Source of the DNA: a virus
Strand: one strand, 5' to 3'
Length of the DNA: 64,000 nt
IMG/VR virus record: IMGVR_UViG_3300025648_000013
In this document: positions 1 to 9,983 of the stretch, piece after piece
How the letters are laid out: the number at the start of each line of letters is the position of its first letter
Position numbering within the stretch: the stretch's first letter is position 1
Made by a program: the position numbers and the translations under genes
The notes under the pieces: generated by a model
What the model saw: the letters and a program-made list of their open reading frames with translations, nothing else
The model's database searches: none
Told to the model about the DNA's origin: nothing

Positions 1-2
1 AT

Positions 3-1523
3 AGTAATGGACCTTCTGGCAATAACTTCGCTGACTTTGGTATGGTCGGTGTCAACTGGTCGAACTCTTCTTGGACGATCAGCCAGCCATCAGATGCTTA
101 TCTATATTCTGCTAATACAAACTTGTCAATCGGTGTTGCATCTCTAGGTGGTGGCACAAACTACGTTAACTTCTTTACTGGTGGTCAGTTGGCTTCCAAT
201 GAAAGAATGCGTATCACAAACAGCGGCAACGTTGGTATTGGCAATACTGCACCTAATGCTACACTTGCCGTCACTGGTACCGCAAACATCTCTGGTGCCG
301 TTAACTTTGGATCATCACTTACTGTTGGTTCATATCTAAACGTCACAAACCAAATCAATACAGCAACACTATACGTTACGACATCAGCTAATATAGCATC
401 ATCTAACGTTATTGCTAATACTTCTGGTGTGTTCGTTGCCAACACTTCTGGTGTTGTCCAAGCCAATCTACACTCTTCGGTTGGTTCTGCTGTTACTCCA
501 ACGACAAACGTATCTACTGCTGGCTATGTTTCTGGTAACTCAACAGTCACAGGTCCAACAAACATTGCGATTGCTAACACTCTTGGCAATACAACAATCA
601 ATACAACATCAGTTGCAACATCATACGGTTTCAACGTTAATAGTTCAGTTCTTCAGTTTACTGGCGGTAACGTTTCAGCTACATCAGCAAATCTTAGCGT
701 ACAGAATGCCATTATTTCTGGCAACTTATATGTCCAAGGCACACTTGCTTCAATCAATACTACCAATCTAAACGTCAATGACAATATCATTGGTCTTGCT
801 GATGAAAATAGCCCTAACTATGTTTCACCATCAGGTATAGCATATAATACCACAGCCGACGTAATAGACACTGGATTCATTTCAAGTGCGCCTATTCAGT
901 CTGCAACCAACATTACAGCGAATACAACATTAAACTCTGCTAACGTACAGATGACAACAACTGCTGGCTTCTATGTCGGTGAGTTGATCACTGGTACAAA
1001 CATTCCTGCGAACACATTTGTCACTGTGGTCAACTCGACCAACTTGATTATGTCTCAGGTTGCTTCTGGTACAAGTTCTGTTGGTACTGCGAATGCTTAT
1101 TATACAGCATTCTATGGCTTGGCTCGTGTTGCATCTTCAAATAGCTTCTCACTATTTGTTTCAAACAATCAGATTTCTAACCCATCATATCCAGCGAACA
1201 CAACGCCATTTGGCGCGACGATTGGTGCTACTCAGTCACCAATGCCATTGTCATTCCTTGGTGTCACATCAACTCAGTCTGGTGTTACGATCACAGCGAA
1301 TTCGACTGTCAATGTCAACATCACTGCTAACACACTATCGCTTGCCACTGCTCTTGGAGCAGGTTCTGGTGGTACTGGTCTACTGACACTAACTTCTGCT
1401 GCTGTTCTCTATGGTAACGGCTCTGGACCAGTTGGCCTAGCATCTGCTGGTGCTAACGGCACTGTTCTACAGATTCTAAATAATATCCCAGCATTCGGAG
1501 GTATCGACGGCGGGACATTTTAG
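3..1523 (+). CDS. Tail fibre/virion structural protein, 5'-truncated by the window edge
   Basis: Frame is open from base 3. N/T/S/G-rich, with 'ERMRITNSGNVGIGNTAP' fibre repeat and C-terminal 'IDGGTF'. Confidence 0.75.
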   Translation, partial: SNGPSGNNFADFGMVGVNWSNSSWTISQPSDAYLYSANTNLSIGVASLGGGTNYVNFFTGGQLASNERMRITNSGNVGIGNTAPNATLAVTGTANISGAVNFGSSLTVGSYLNVTNQINTATLYVTTSANIASSNVIANTSGVFVANTSGVVQANLHSSVGSAVTPTTNVSTAGYVSGNSTVTGPTNIAIANTLGNTTINTTSVATSYGFNVNSSVLQFTGGNVSATSANLSVQNAIISGNLYVQGTLASINTTNLNVNDNIIGLADENSPNYVSPSGIAYNTTADVIDTGFISSAPIQSATNITANTTLNSANVQMTTTAGFYVGELITGTNIPANTFVTVVNSTNLIMSQVASGTSSVGTANAYYTAFYGLARVASSNSFSLFVSNNQISNPSYPANTTPFGATIGATQSPMPLSFLGVTSTQSGVTITANSTVNVNITANTLSLATALGAGSGGTGLLTLTSAAVLYGNGSGPVGLASAGANGTVLQILNNIPAFGGIDGGTF

Positions 1524-1535
1524 ACACTCGGTTTA

Positions 1536-1576
1536 TATAAATACTCTAGAGATAATATCAAAGGAGTATTTGTATG
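1536..1576 (+). promoter_or_regulatory. T4-type late promoter overlapping an RBS-sequestering hairpin
   Basis: TATAAATA at 1536-1543; AAATACTC pairs with GAGTATTT over the GGAG RBS. Near-identical copy at 9944-9983. Confidence 0.75.
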
Positions 1577-2296
1577 CAGAAATATGGTTTCATTTATGTT
1601 TGGTTTGATATTAAACACAAGCGATATTATATAGGAAGACATTGGGGTTATGTTGATGATGGATATGTGTGTTCATCAAATATAATGAGAGATGCATACA
1701 GAAGAAGAAACCAAGATTTCAAACGGCGAATTGTATCTTATGTTTATACATCTAAAGAAGATTTGATTATTGAAGAGCAGAGATGGCTTGATATGATCAA
1801 AAAAGAAGAACTGGGTGTTAGATACTATAATAAAACCAAATCTGCCACAACACCATCTACGCTTGGATTCAAACATTCTGAAGAATCAAAAATAAAAAGT
1901 AGAATATCTAATATTGGCAAAAAAAGATCAGACAAGACAAGACAAGCGAATAGATTAGCATCACTGAGACAATTTTCTGATCCAGAACAAAGAAGTAAAC
2001 TGAGCACTAGTGTAAAGAAATTATGGGAAAATCCTGATTACAGACAAAAAGTTTCAGATGCGCACAAGGGCAAACCTTCTTCTAGAAAGGGCAAAATCCA
2101 CACAGAAGAAACAAAACAGAAGTTGCGCGATAAAAGAAAAATACAAGCGCCTATGTCCGAAGAAGCACGAGAAAAAATAAGACAATACAACTCAAACGCG
2201 ATTTGGATAACAAATGATAATATAAATAAAAAGATACATAAAGATGCTGATATTCCTATGGGATTTCGCAGAGGCAAAGTTAGAGTGAATAAATAA
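1574..2296 (+). CDS. GIY-YIG (Seg-like) homing endonuclease with NUMOD3 repeats
   Basis: 'GFIY...YYIG' N-terminus; 'HSEESK/HTEETKQK' repeats. Confidence 0.85.
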   Translation: MQKYGFIYVWFDIKHKRYYIGRHWGYVDDGYVCSSNIMRDAYRRRNQDFKRRIVSYVYTSKEDLIIEEQRWLDMIKKEELGVRYYNKTKSATTPSTLGFKHSEESKIKSRISNIGKKRSDKTRQANRLASLRQFSDPEQRSKLSTSVKKLWENPDYRQKVSDAHKGKPSSRKGKIHTEETKQKLRDKRKIQAPMSEEAREKIRQYNSNAIWITNDNINKKIHKDADIPMGFRRGKVRVNK

Positions 2297-2305
2297 GGAT
2301 ATATT

Positions 2306-2512
2306 ATGACTGAAGAGTTTATCACTGTTTATATTGAAAAGATGAAAGCTACATTAATCGACTTGCAAACGAGAGTCTTGTTTCTAGAGACGGACTCTCA
2401 TTTCAAAACAAAGGCGATTGAAGAACTAAATATTGAGAACGAAAAGCTTCGGATTGCTTTAGATAAAGCAGGAAAGAAGTCAGTAGCAAAGAAGACTGAA
2501 GAAGATTTTTAA
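2306..2512 (+). CDS. Small coiled-coil hypothetical protein
   Basis: ORF with AAGGA RBS. Confidence 0.6.
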   Translation: MTEEFITVYIEKMKATLIDLQTRVLFLETDSHFKTKAIEELNIENEKLRIALDKAGKKSVAKKTEEDF

Positions 2513-2546
2513 TACTGGTACATACCAGTTGACTTAGAGGTGCCAT

Positions 2547-3857
2547 ATGGCCAATACTGTTTTGCAAGTCTTCCGCACATCTGTTGCTGGTAGACAACCT
2601 AATACTACGGTTTCAACCAACAGTCAGTATATCAATGCTGGCGGTCTTGCGTTGAATATGCCAGATCAGATTCTCTATACGAGCAATGGCTCTACATTAA
2701 TCGTGGTCGGCGCAAATGCTCCATCATATAGCGTATCTGGTGGTAACGTATCGATCAACTCAGCCGGTGTCTTTGTATCCAATACAACTGGTGTAGTAAA
2801 CGCTGCTGTACATTCTGTCGGTACTTCATTTATTGCCAACTCAACAGGTATTACTGGCACTCTGTTGACAGTATCTCAGCCAAACATTACAGCTAACAAT
2901 GCCAACTACCTGGGTGGTACAGCTGCTGCTTCTTATCAGTTGAATAGCACGCTTGCAAGCAACGTTGCAACGCTTACAGCGAATAATACAACCTACGTAA
3001 ATGGTAAGACCGAAGGTAACTTGAACGTCAATAGTGCGACAAGTGCAACAAATGCCAACAACGCAGCATATTTGTCAGGGTATACATGGAGCGCACCTGC
3101 TGCTATTGGTGGCACCACTGCTAATACTGGCACATTCAGTAGCGCGACTATTAACGGCACACTAAACGTAGGCGCATCTGGTACTCTTGGTACTGGTGGT
3201 CAGTTGCAGATGGCTGGCTACAACTCAATAGGTGGTACAGGATATCACACTTTTCTTGCTCTTGAAAACACATATTCGTCAGCAACGAATCCATACAAGT
3301 ATATTCGTCTGAACCCTGCTGGTGGGCTAGAATATATCAATAGCGCATATAACTCAGTTATTTCTCAACTGACGGATGGTGGCGGTGCATTCTTCTTGGG
3401 TGGTCTTTCTGTTGGCACATCGTCAGTAGGCGGCACTGGTACTATTCAGGCAACTGGTAATATCACTGCATACTACTCAGATAAACGCCTAAAGAACATC
3501 ATTGGTCCTATTGAAAACGCAATTGATAAGGTCAAGAGAATATCAGGTATTCGTTACACAAACAATGAAGTAGCGAAAAAATATGGTTATGATGATGAAA
3601 AAACACAAGTAGGCGTCATTGCACAAGAACTAGAAGAAGTTCTACCAGAAGTTGTTGTTGCTGCTCCTTTTGATATTGCTGAAGATGGCACAAGCAAATC
3701 AGGTGAGAACTACAAGACTGTTCACTATGACAAGATTGTACCTCTTCTCATTGAAGCGATCAAAGAACAGCAAGCGATTATTGACGATCAAAACAGCAAA
3801 ATGAATAGAATGGAACAACAACTAAATGGCATTATGGCTAAACTAGAAGAAAAATGA
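2547..3857 (+). CDS. Tail fibre protein with C-terminal intramolecular chaperone (peptidase S74-like)
   Basis: 'YSDKRLKNII...GVIAQELEEVLPEVV...[14 protein letters not shown]'. Confidence 0.85.
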   Translation: MANTVLQVFRTSVAGRQPNTTVSTNSQYINAGGLALNMPDQILYTSNGSTLIVVGANAPSYSVSGGNVSINSAGVFVSNTTGVVNAAVHSVGTSFIANSTGITGTLLTVSQPNITANNANYLGGTAAASYQLNSTLASNVATLTANNTTYVNGKTEGNLNVNSATSATNANNAAYLSGYTWSAPAAIGGTTANTGTFSSATINGTLNVGASGTLGTGGQLQMAGYNSIGGTGYHTFLALENTYSSATNPYKYIRLNPAGGLEYINSAYNSVISQLTDGGGAFFLGGLSVGTSSVGGTGTIQATGNITAYYSDKRLKNIIGPIENAIDKVKRISGIRYTNNEVAKKYGYDDEKTQVGVIAQELEEVLPEVVVAAPFDIAEDGTSKSGENYKTVHYDKIVPLLIEAIKEQQAIIDDQNSKMNRMEQQLNGIMAKLEEK

Positions 3858-3858
3858 A

Positions 3859-4296
3859 ATGACTCTTTCATATAATTGGAATCTCACAGGCATCACAAAA
3901 CAAAACATCGCCGATCCAATTTCGGCAAATGACGTTGTAGTTCATGTCAGATGGGAATACACTGGAACTGATGCAGCAAACAATACAGGAACTTTCACAG
4001 GTGCAACTCCTCTTGATGTTACTGTATTGCAAGCGAACAATTTCATTCCATACGAACAATTGACCCAGAATACCGTTATCGGTTGGGTTAAAAATATTGT
4101 GACAAATGATACATTGTATATGTCACATATCAATGATCGCATTCAAGAACAGATAGATAGTATCATCAGTCCAAAGACGGAAGTTTCAGCAAATGATTTC
4201 CCTTGGATTGAAACGTCAAATACAGCAGCAAACACTGTTGTATCTAACACCGCCGCTAACACTGTCGTGTCGGCCAAAAAACCTATCTCAAAATAA
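3859..4296 (+). CDS. Tail-fibre-associated protein
   Basis: Follows S74 fibre gene; 'FIPYEQLTQNTVIGWV' and terminal 'PW' pattern. Confidence 0.55.
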   Translation: MTLSYNWNLTGITKQNIADPISANDVVVHVRWEYTGTDAANNTGTFTGATPLDVTVLQANNFIPYEQLTQNTVIGWVKNIVTNDTLYMSHINDRIQEQIDSIISPKTEVSANDFPWIETSNTAANTVVSNTAANTVVSAKKPISK

Positions 4297-4310
4297 TAAT
4301 GGAGTAAATT

Positions 4311-4514
4311 ATGACTACTGAAAATCATGAACTAGATCATCTTGTTGACACTGAGCAAACCGCTCTGCCAAGTGAAGATCCTGTTGTTACACTAGCACTT
4401 CCTGTAAGTGCTGTCAATATTATTTTTGGTTCATTGCAGGAACTACCACATCGTGTTGTTGATCCTGTAATTCGCAATATCTTTGAACAATGTCAGTCGC
4501 AACTACAGAGGTAA
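4311..4514 (+). CDS. Small tail-fibre-associated hypothetical protein
   Basis: GGAG RBS; 'LQELPHRVVDPVI' helix. Confidence 0.55.
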   Translation: MTTENHELDHLVDTEQTALPSEDPVVTLALPVSAVNIIFGSLQELPHRVVDPVIRNIFEQCQSQLQR

Positions 4515-4562
4515 TTTATTTTTATAAATAAGTAGAATATCAATCGGGGAGAGGGAACCGAA

Positions 4563-6923
4563 ATGTCTACAAGTAATTCAACATTCATCGCAAAGAATGG
4601 TATCATCGCTAATGGCAGTCTAATCTATGCTGTGGGTGGTACATCTAACGTAGGTATTAACAACACTTCTCCCGATGCTGCTCTTACTGTTACTGGTACA
4701 GCAAATGTCCAGGGCAATGTTGTTATTACTGGAACAGCCAATACAGGCAACATCACAGTCATCGGTTCTCTCACCAGTACAACAAATGTCAACACTGTAA
4801 ACGTTTATGCGACTACCGTTACATCAAATACGGTCGGTATCCATACAGGTAATGTGAACGCTACTGTAGTAAACGCTTCAGCTAATGTTTTCACAAATAG
4901 CGTATTTGCCACTAACGTTTCTGCAACATCAATTGTTGCTACAGCGAATGTCACAACAAATACCATGTTCGCTACAAATGTTGTAGCAACGACAATTTCT
5001 GCTACCACAGTAACCGCAAATGTTGTTGCTGTAGTGGTTAACACTGCTCAGGTAAATGCTACTGCTAATGTCACAGTCGGTGGTCTATTGAACGTCACAG
5101 GCAACTCTACGTTTTCTGCTAACGTAACTGTAACGGGCAATCTATACGTAACAGGTGCGGTCACATATTCAAATACCGTTATTGCCAACGGTAGTTTTAT
5201 TCCTGGCGCAAATAATGCATATACATTAGGAAACACAACATATGTGTGGGCAAATGCTTATGTTACAAATGTATTGGCAACAACTGTTACTGGCAATCTA
5301 AACGCTGGATTTGTCAATGCATCATCAAATGTTTATGTTGGCACATCAGCGAATAGTGTTGCCATAAACACAAACACTATTGTTATCGGCAATGCATCAG
5401 TTAATGCTACGATCAACTCTACCACGTTTACTGGCACATCAAACAACACAAGTTTTGTAGGTTCTGTATCAGCCGCTAATGTTGTCTCCAACGCACAACT
5501 ATCAGCAAATCTAGGAAACTATCAAACAACTGCTGGTCTATCTACAAACGTAGCAACACTTACTGCAAACAACTCAACCAACTTCAATGGTCAGCCAGCT
5601 AGTTATTATACCAATGCATCAAACATGTCATCTGGTACTTTGCCATATGCACAGCTTCCAACAAACATCGTAAACACAACAGCCGCTTTCACGATTGCAG
5701 GCAATACAACATTCACAGGCAATACCATTGCAAATGGATTTGTATTCAGCACAACATCAATCGTACTAGCAAACGGTGCATTGTCTGGTGCTTCTGGCAA
5801 AGTTCTAATGTCAAACGCGACTAGCGGTGTTTATTGGGGTACAGTCACTACCAGTCCAGGATCAGTCACATCTATTGCTTTTGCCAATGGATTGAATGGC
5901 GGTACTATCACATCATCGGGCACAGTTTATGTCGCGAATGCAGATAACAGTATAGCGGTTTCTGCTACAGGCGTTTCAGTTAACACAGCATACATTTCAA
6001 CAATAAATCCTGGATCATGGGCAAACTCGACAAATGGTTTCACGCTCAATAGTGCTGCTTGGGCTGCTCCAGGTTCTATTGGTGGTACTACCGCAAACTC
6101 TGGTATATTCACTACTGTTACGGCAACAGATCCCGGCTTTGCTACAGCTGGTGCGTTTGTCCTTAGAACAAATACTTCAAATACTGCTATTATTCAAGTT
6201 GTTAATAATAACAACCAAACGCAGTATTCATTCATGCAAGCCAACTCTTCTGGTTGGTGGAACTGGTCTGCAAACGCTTCATTCACAGGAAACGTTTCTG
6301 TATCTGGATCTTTTGTTGGTTCTGGTTCAGGGCTAACTGGTACAGGACTATCATTTACTGCTGGTACTGCAAACAATGCAACAAATCTCGGTGGTGTCTC
6401 AGCAGCTTCTTATCAACTAAACTCAACACTTGCTGCGAATGTAGCTACGTTGACATCAAACAATGCAACAAATCTCGGTGGTGTTGCAGCGGCGAACTAT
6501 GTCAACACATCAGGCAACTACACAATCTCTGGTAACCACGCATTCACTGGTACAGGCACAACAATTAACTATGGTGCTGGTGCATATGCAGTTGGCTACA
6601 GAGATATTCCACAGAATACTCAGAATACAAGCTATACAACCGCAGCATCAGATTCTGGTGGTCATATCTTCAATGCAGCCAATACAGGAACTTTGACATA
6701 CACTATTGCCAATAACGCCACAGTTGCTTGGGCAAATGGGGCTGCGATCAGCATAATCAATGGCAATACTGCCACACTTACGATTGCTGGTGCTGGTAAC
6801 GTTACAATCCAGTTGGCGGGAACTACAACAACAGGAAGCAGAACTCTAGTTGCTGGCGCAACTGCAACTTGTATTCGTGTTGCTGTTGATAGATGGTTTG
6901 TTGGTGGAGCAGGAGTATCATAA
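4563..6923 (+). CDS. Long tail fibre/adhesin protein
   Basis: Late promoter at 4523-4530; N/T/V-rich repeats; shares modules with 2547-3857. Confidence 0.75.
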   Translation: MSTSNSTFIAKNGIIANGSLIYAVGGTSNVGINNTSPDAALTVTGTANVQGNVVITGTANTGNITVIGSLTSTTNVNTVNVYATTVTSNTVGIHTGNVNATVVNASANVFTNSVFATNVSATSIVATANVTTNTMFATNVVATTISATTVTANVVAVVVNTAQVNATANVTVGGLLNVTGNSTFSANVTVTGNLYVTGAVTYSNTVIANGSFIPGANNAYTLGNTTYVWANAYVTNVLATTVTGNLNAGFVNASSNVYVGTSANSVAINTNTIVIGNASVNATINSTTFTGTSNNTSFVGSVSAANVVSNAQLSANLGNYQTTAGLSTNVATLTANNSTNFNGQPASYYTNASNMSSGTLPYAQLPTNIVNTTAAFTIAGNTTFTGNTIANGFVFSTTSIVLANGALSGASGKVLMSNATSGVYWGTVTTSPGSVTSIAFANGLNGGTITSSGTVYVANADNSIAVSATGVSVNTAYISTINPGSWANSTNGFTLNSAAWAAPGSIGGTTANSGIFTTVTATDPGFATAGAFVLRTNTSNTAIIQVVNNNNQTQYSFMQANSSGWWNWSANASFTGNVSVSGSFVGSGSGLTGTGLSFTAGTANNATNLGGVSAASYQLNSTLAANVATLTSNNATNLGGVAAANYVNTSGNYTISGNHAFTGTGTTINYGAGAYAVGYRDIPQNTQNTSYTTAASDSGGHIFNAANTGTLTYTIANNATVAWANGAAISIINGNTATLTIAGAGNVTIQLAGTTTTGSRTLVAGATATCIRVAVDRWFVGGAGVS

Positions 6924-6924
6924 T

Positions 6925-7530
6925 ATGAGTGGTATTCAGATGGCTTTGTTAGGATCACAAACTTTTATTCCTGTGTTGCGAGTATATTCAACACTTGGAT
7001 CTGGTACAGAAACTATACCAGTCGGGGCTAAAACTTTAGTAATTGAAGTTTGGGGAGGCGGCGGCGGCGCTGGTATTGGTACAAAAATAGCTGCTTCTTC
7101 TGCCGGCGGTGGTGCTGGTGGTTACTCTAGATCATCGTATAACGTGATAGGATATTCGGGACAAACCATAAATTATACTGTCGGGGCAGGCGGCACCGGA
7201 ATAACCGATGGTCTAGCATCTAACGTATCATCCAATTCTTATACATTAACAACTATGCAAGGATATGGTGGTAAACATTCTCCCAACAGCGCGACCGCGT
7301 CGACGTATGGTGCTGGAGGAAATGGTGGTTCAGCTACGGGTGGCAATCAAGCAAACTATAATGGTATGTTAGGTGATGACGCACAGGGCGCAGGTGGCTT
7401 GGGCGGCGTGGGTACAACAGGAACAGTTAGTGGAGATGGTTCTCCATATGGTGGAGGTGCAGATGGAAGCACATATCCAAGTCCAGCAACTTCTGGCTAC
7501 AATGGGGCAGTCGTGTTTTACTATACATAA
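6925..7530 (+). CDS. Glycine-rich adhesin-like protein (paralog 1)
   Basis: AGGAG RBS before ATG 6925; 'VIEVWGGGGG...VVFYYT'. Confidence 0.7.
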   Translation: MSGIQMALLGSQTFIPVLRVYSTLGSGTETIPVGAKTLVIEVWGGGGGAGIGTKIAASSAGGGAGGYSRSSYNVIGYSGQTINYTVGAGGTGITDGLASNVSSNSYTLTTMQGYGGKHSPNSATASTYGAGGNGGSATGGNQANYNGMLGDDAQGAGGLGGVGTTGTVSGDGSPYGGGADGSTYPSPATSGYNGAVVFYYT

Positions 7531-7557
7531 ATAACAATAAACAACAGGGAAAAAATA

Positions 7558-7720
7558 ATGGCAGTTCCAAATTCAAGAGAAAGTTTTACCAGAAATAGTT
7601 TTTCCTGCGCCGATAGATAATCAATATCTTACTGTTCAATATGATCGTTTGGTTCCTTTATTGATTGAAGCGATTAAAGAACTAAAAGCAGAAATTGATG
7701 AATTAAAAGGTTACAAATAA
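7558..7720 (+). pseudogene. Fusion relic: gp13 5' stub joined out of frame to an S74 chaperone C-terminus
   Basis: 29 nt identical to 8522 (MAVPNSRES...), then '[10 protein letters not shown]...[23 protein letters not shown]'. Confidence 0.75.
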
Positions 7721-8496
7721 TGACTTTGGTAGCATCAGGAACTATCAGTCTTGGAGGTAATGCCACTAGTGGTAGTGCAAACGTGTCTATTGAATATGAG
7801 TTAAGATCATCATATGGCAATACGACAACAGGAACATCCACAATTTCACTGAACGATAGTGCCGTAAGATCGCTTGCGGGTATAGCATCTGGCGCCATTT
7901 CATTTTCTAGTTTATATGGCAAGTCAGCATTCACTCTTATATTACATGTATATTCGACACCTGGATCTGGTACAGAGACTATTCCAGTCGGAGCTACAAA
8001 CTTAGTGATCGAAGTTTGGGGAGGCGGTGGCGGTGGCGGTACCGGCACAAAAGCTGGTGCATACGCTGGAGGTGGTGGTGCAGGTGGATATTCGAGATCA
8101 TCTTATAGCGTTTCAGGATATTCAGGCCAAACATTAAATTATACAGTAGGTTCTGGTGGCAACGGAGGTTCTACCGGAACTCAAGGGTCAAACGGCAGTT
8201 CATCTAGTGTTTCTAGCGGTTCATTTTCAATAACAGCTATGAGTAGTACTGGTGGAACAAGATCATTAAATAGCTCCGTATCAGGTAGTACTGGAGGCGC
8301 CGGTGGTACTGCTACAGGCGGAAATCAAGCTAATGTAACTGGTCAAGCCGGCGATAGCAGCGGAATACCTGGAACAGGAACCACAGGAACAGTTAGTGGA
8401 GATGGTTCTCCATATGGTGGAGGTGGAAATGGCGGTTCTTATCCAGGTGCTGGATCTAGCGGAAATGCCGGTGTAGTTGTATTTTATTATACATAA
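7720..8496 (+). CDS. Glycine-rich adhesin-like protein (paralog 2)
   Basis: 'MTLVASGTISL...ISFSSLYGKS' N-domain plus the same Gly-rich C-domain as 6925-7530. Confidence 0.75.
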   Translation: MTLVASGTISLGGNATSGSANVSIEYELRSSYGNTTTGTSTISLNDSAVRSLAGIASGAISFSSLYGKSAFTLILHVYSTPGSGTETIPVGATNLVIEVWGGGGGGGTGTKAGAYAGGGGAGGYSRSSYSVSGYSGQTLNYTVGSGGNGGSTGTQGSNGSSSSVSSGSFSITAMSSTGGTRSLNSSVSGSTGGAGGTATGGNQANVTGQAGDSSGIPGTGTTGTVSGDGSPYGGGGNGGSYPGAGSSGNAGVVVFYYT

Positions 8497-8521
8497 ATAA
8501 CCAAAATATTAGGAAAAAGAA

Positions 8522-8593
8522 ATGGCAGTTCCAAATTCAAGAGAAAGTTTCAAATACTATCTACTCAGAAGACTTGGCGCTCCTGTTATATGA
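8522..8593 (+). pseudogene. Orphaned gp13 5' end (23 aa), stop overlapping HEG start
   Basis: [23 protein letters not shown] vs gp13 MSIPTNRDEFKYYILRRLGAPVI; ATGA overlap at 8590-8593. Confidence 0.8.
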
Positions 8594-9207
8594 CAACACC
8601 ATATACATACTTACTACATCATATACCGACAAACATGTTTTATTATGGCGTAAGATATAAAGAAGGATGTCATCCTGAAGATTTCTGGAAAAATTACTTC
8701 ACATCTTCTAATGTCGTTAAATCACTAAGAAAAGAATATGGCGACGATTCTTTTGAGTTCGAGATAAGAAAAACGTTCAAAGATGCTAAAGATTCTATAG
8801 AATGGGAACATAAAGTTTTAAGAAGATTGAAAATTAGAGAAACCAATAATGTGTGGTTAAACAAACACGACGGTCGTGCTGTCATCTTTACAGAAGAAGT
8901 TAAAAGCAATATAAGTAAAACCAGAACAGGACAACACGTAGGTGAAAAGAATCCTATGTATGGAAGAAAAAGACCAGATACTGTAGAGTTCAATAAAAGA
9001 CCGGACATAATAGAAAAAAGAAGACAAAAAGCACTGACCAACAATCCTATGAAAGGAACAAAATGGTCAGAGGAAAGAAAACGTAAAATGTCTGAAAGAA
9101 TGTCTGGCGTTAATAATCCTATGCACGGAAAGATTAGACCAGAAGTTGGTGAAAACAACAAGAAGTATAAGACAAAGAGGAATATAGAAAATGTCAATAC
9201 CTACTAA
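8590..9207 (+). CDS. GIY-YIG-like homing endonuclease
   Basis: 'PYTY...FYYGVRY...YFTSS' and 'GEKNPMYG' motifs. Confidence 0.8.
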   Translation: MTTPYTYLLHHIPTNMFYYGVRYKEGCHPEDFWKNYFTSSNVVKSLRKEYGDDSFEFEIRKTFKDAKDSIEWEHKVLRRLKIRETNNVWLNKHDGRAVIFTEEVKSNISKTRTGQHVGEKNPMYGRKRPDTVEFNKRPDIIEKRRQKALTNNPMKGTKWSEERKRKMSERMSGVNNPMHGKIRPEVGENNKKYKTKRNIENVNTY

Positions 9208-9931
9208 TAGGGATGAATTTAAATACTACATTCTTCGTCGTTTAGGAGCTCCTGTAATCAATATCGATGTTGACGATGATCAAGTTTCTGATCGTATTGA
9301 TGAAGCTTTGACATTCTTCTGGGACTATCACTTCGAAGGTTCAGAAAAGACATATTACAAGTATCAGGTAACTCCAACTGATATTGAAAATCAGTATATC
9401 ACTCTACCATCGAACATCATTGGTGCAGTCAATCTATTCCCTGTTGGTGAATCATTGTCATCAAATAATCTGTTCAACATTCGTTATCAGATCACATTGA
9501 ACGATCTATATGACTTGACTGCTACAACGATGGTACCATACTATCTTGCTATGCAGCATATTCAGTTTCTTGAACAGCTTCTAGTTGGTCAACAGCCACT
9601 TCGCTTCAATCGTTACAACAACATTCTATATCTAGATATGGCTTGGGACATTGTACAACCAGGAAGCTTCTTAATCGTTGAAGCATATCAGATCATTGAT
9701 CCAAACGTATATGGTGGAGTATGGTCAGATCGTTGGTTGACACAATATGCTGCTGCACTAGTCAAGCGTCAATGGGGCGACAACTTAACGAAGTATACAG
9801 GTATCAATCTACCAGGTGGAAACAAGTTTAACGGTGATAAGATCAGAGATGATGCACAAAAAGAGATTGATAGGCTAGAACAAGAGATGTATACCACTTG
9901 GAGTCTTCCTGTTGGAGACATGATCGGTTAG
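9191..9931 (+). CDS. gp13: Neck protein gp13
   Basis: 'YILRRLGAPVINIDVDDDQVSDRIDEAL', 'KRQWGDNLTKY...LPGG'. Confidence 0.93.
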   Translation: MSIPTNRDEFKYYILRRLGAPVINIDVDDDQVSDRIDEALTFFWDYHFEGSEKTYYKYQVTPTDIENQYITLPSNIIGAVNLFPVGESLSSNNLFNIRYQITLNDLYDLTATTMVPYYLAMQHIQFLEQLLVGQQPLRFNRYNNILYLDMAWDIVQPGSFLIVEAYQIIDPNVYGGVWSDRWLTQYAAALVKRQWGDNLTKYTGINLPGGNKFNGDKIRDDAQKEIDRLEQEMYTTWSLPVGDMIG

Positions 9932-9943
9932 AAAATACACTTT

Positions 9944-9983
9944 TATAAATACTCTAGAGATAGCATCAAAGGAGTATTTTATG
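9944..9983 (+). promoter_or_regulatory. Late promoter with RBS-sequestering hairpin
   Basis: TATAAATACTC...GGAGTATTTT-ATG. Confidence 0.75.

Noticed and set aside
6925-8496. Diversity-generating retroelement template/variable repeat pair
   Set aside because: Both copies are full ORFs, differences are not adenine-specific, and there is no reverse transcriptase in the window.
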